DNA from: Nanopusillaceae archaeon | Lineage (GTDB): Archaea > Nanobdellota > Nanobdellia > Nanobdellales > Nanobdellaceae | Reading direction: 5' to 3' | Length of the DNA stretch: 7,629 nucleotides | Assembly (NCBI GenBank): GCA_049973735.1 | Contig: JBMFJL010000027.1 | Coordinates: 1 to 7,629 of the forward strand | Part shown: piece by piece, positions 6,168 through 7,629 of the stretch | How the letters are laid out: each line of letters starts with the position of its first letter | Numbering within the stretch: position 1 is the stretch's first letter | Made by a program: the position numbers and the translations under genes | Notes under the pieces: model-generated | Databases searched by the model: none | What the model was told of the DNA's origin: nothing | The model's input: the letters and a program-made list of their open reading frames with translations, nothing else

Positions 6168-6524
6168 GTGCTTTTTAATGAATTAGAGAATATACTTCAA
6201 AAATTTTCTGAGAAGTATAATAATAATGAAAAACTACAGAAAATTCTCAGAAAGTGGAGTGCTGACATACTCATATGGAGTAAAGATGAAAGTATAGGTT
6301 TTTTAATAACCGTAAATAGTGGTAAGATAACAGGAATAGTAAAAGTTAACAATCCTAATTCTGGAAAAGTTAAAATAATTGGCGATGCAGTTATATTAAT
6401 TGATATATTTAAGGGTATGAAAAATCCGTCACATCTCTATCTAGATGGTGTTATAGAAGTTTATGGATCAGAAAGGGATCAAATAATACTTGACGTAATA
6501 GTAGAAGAGCTATGGGGTAAATGA
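6168..6524 (+). CDS. SCP2 (sterol-carrier-protein-2)-like small protein, paralogue of the preceding gene
   Basis: The open frame runs from 6153 (TTG, track call). I prefer the GTG at 6168 because of the GGTGA SD at 6158-6162. IDIFKGMKNPSHLYLDGVIEVYGSERDQIILDVI aligns position-for-position with my recollection of the human SCP2 C-terminus (…[29 protein letters not shown]…). Confidence 0.7.
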   Translation: MLFNELENILQKFSEKYNNNEKLQKILRKWSADILIWSKDESIGFLITVNSGKITGIVKVNNPNSGKVKIIGDAVILIDIFKGMKNPSHLYLDGVIEVYGSERDQIILDVIVEELWGK

Positions 6525-6525
6525 T

Positions 6526-6530
6526 GAGGT
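6526..6530 (+). promoter_or_regulatory. SD GAGGT for the APC permease gene
   Basis: GAGGT lies 7 nt upstream of ATG 6538. Only 13 nt separate the upstream stop (6522-6524) from this start. Confidence 0.45.
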
Positions 6531-6537
6531 AAAAAAT

Positions 6538-7629
6538 ATGTCGTTAAAGAGGGCACTTAAATTTAACAGACTAATCGCAGTAACAATGGGCACTCCTTTA
6601 GCCTCTTCAGTTTTTCCGAGCATAATGCTTTTAGATTTAACAGCAAGCTCTTTAATTAATGAAATAATCGCTATCTTGTTGGCGACAACTCTTGTAATAA
6701 TGTCATCTTTTGCATATAGTGAATTAGTTAGTATATATCCAACTGCAGCAGGAAACAGAGTTTTCTTAAAGAAGCCTCTTGGAGATGTTGCAGCCCTTGG
6801 TTTATCATTGATGTGGGTTTTTATATTATTGGGTGCGGCAGGAGTTGAGGGATATATAGTAGGTTATGTGCTCTATTACTTGATAAGCCTTTATGTTCAT
6901 GGTATAGTATTAAAAATACTGAATCCTTTCGTTTTATCTATAATAGTTATGACACTAATATTGATTATAAACATTTTAGGAGTTGAATTGTCTGGTAATT
7001 TTCAGATGGGTCTCACTTACTTCATTGCAGCATCATTAATAGCAATATCAATAATAAGCTTTTTTATTTTCAGAGGGATAAATATTCATGTTAACAGTTC
7101 TGGGAGTCTTAATTTAATAAACGCATTAAGTGCAGCAGCTGTCGGTGTTTACTTTTTCTTGGGTTTTGGAAGAGTAACAACTCTTGGCGAGGAAGCCGTT
7201 GATTATAAAAGGGACTTACCAATGGCAATACCTATAGGTGTTTCACTTCTCGGTATAGTCTTTATGTTTATATCAACATCAATATTTATTCATGTGCCAA
7301 TTAAATCTCTAATGTCTATGTTAATACCTCAAATTTTGCTCGGTAAGTATTTGCTAGGAAGCTACGGTGCAATCTTTATGGTTATAGTTAGTATATTAAT
7401 GAGCTTTGGTACCTTTAATGCTGGCGTATTAGGTACATCTAGGCTTATATATGCGCTTGGCAGAGAAGGCACTTTGCCTAAATCTCTCAGCAAGATACAT
7501 AGGAGATACTTCACTCCATATATGGCTTTAATATTTATATACACTTTAGCAATATTTATGCTTATTTTAATAACGTTAACTAAGAGCTTTTCTATACCCT
7601 TATATGTAGCAGCTGGTTTCGACTCATTC
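6538..7629 (+). CDS. APC-superfamily amino acid / polyamine / organocation permease (N-terminal 364 codons; continues beyond the window end)
   Basis: Hand translation from ATG 6538 is stop-free to 7629: MSLKRALKFNRLIAVTMGTPLASSVFPS…SFAYSELVSIYPTAAGNRVFLKKPLG…FFLGFGRVTTLGEEAVDYKRDLPMAIP…GTSRLIYALGREGTLPKSLSKIHRRYFTPYMALIF. The (S/A)E(L)…P.AGG and R(L/V).YA(L/M).R(E/D)G.LP…H….TP blocks are classical APC permease motifs, and the protein has multiple hydrophobic spans. Confidence 0.85.
   Translation, partial: MSLKRALKFNRLIAVTMGTPLASSVFPSIMLLDLTASSLINEIIAILLATTLVIMSSFAYSELVSIYPTAAGNRVFLKKPLGDVAALGLSLMWVFILLGAAGVEGYIVGYVLYYLISLYVHGIVLKILNPFVLSIIVMTLILIINILGVELSGNFQMGLTYFIAASLIAISIISFFIFRGINIHVNSSGSLNLINALSAAAVGVYFFLGFGRVTTLGEEAVDYKRDLPMAIPIGVSLLGIVFMFISTSIFIHVPIKSLMSMLIPQILLGKYLLGSYGAIFMVIVSILMSFGTFNAGVLGTSRLIYALGREGTLPKSLSKIHRRYFTPYMALIFIYTLAIFMLILITLTKSFSIPLYVAAGFDSF

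Noticed and set aside
7362-7544. 60-aa minus-strand ORF from the track
   Set aside because: It is antisense to the conserved APC permease block (GTSRLIYALGREGTLP), so it is a shadow ORF.
1-7629. Mobile elements, CRISPR arrays, tRNA or rRNA genes, and a horizontally acquired island
   Set aside because: I found no terminal inverted repeats, transposase or integrase ORFs, regularly spaced repeats, or GC-rich structured-RNA islands. Coding regions show uniform composition by eye.

Overview
This 7.6-kb window looks like chromosomal DNA from a very AT-rich crenarchaeon of the Sulfolobales type. That placement is an inference from three things: hand-counted sample lines give about 38% GC in coding sequence and about 17% in spacers; TATA boxes sit about 27-36 nt upstream of start codons; and GGTGA/GAGG Shine-Dalgarno motifs precede internal operon genes. 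No taxonomic search was possible.

I can support seven protein-coding genes:
- (1) 1-1116 (-): the N-terminal 372 codons of an acetyl-CoA-synthetase-like AMP-forming acyl-CoA synthetase. It runs off the window, so it is absent from the ORF track.
- (2) 1490-2794 (+): an MFS transporter of the metabolite:H+ symporter (MHS) type, divergent from (1).
- (3) 3045-3797 (-): an XRE/Cro-type HTH regulator with an uncharacterised C-terminal domain.
- (4-7) 4522 to beyond 7629 (+): a tightly packed operon. It encodes a saccharopine-dehydrogenase-family NAD(P) oxidoreductase, two tandem paralogous small proteins whose C-termini match the SCP2 lipid-carrier signature, and an APC-superfamily amino-acid/polyamine permease that is also missing from the track because it runs off the window.

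I see no rRNA, tRNA, CRISPR array, IS element or MITE.

The best candidate for something undescribed is the SDH-like + SCP2 + SCP2 + APC permease module. Secondary oddities:
- a 724-bp, roughly 80% AT divergent spacer between the regulator and the operon, containing a compact promoter / 18-codon basic ORF / T-tract unit;
- a single in-frame TAG as the only separator between the two SCP2 genes;
- palindromic TATATAA repeats and an isolated GC-rich palindrome in the acyl-CoA synthetase / transporter spacer.

All functional calls come from motif recognition by eye. No database search was run.
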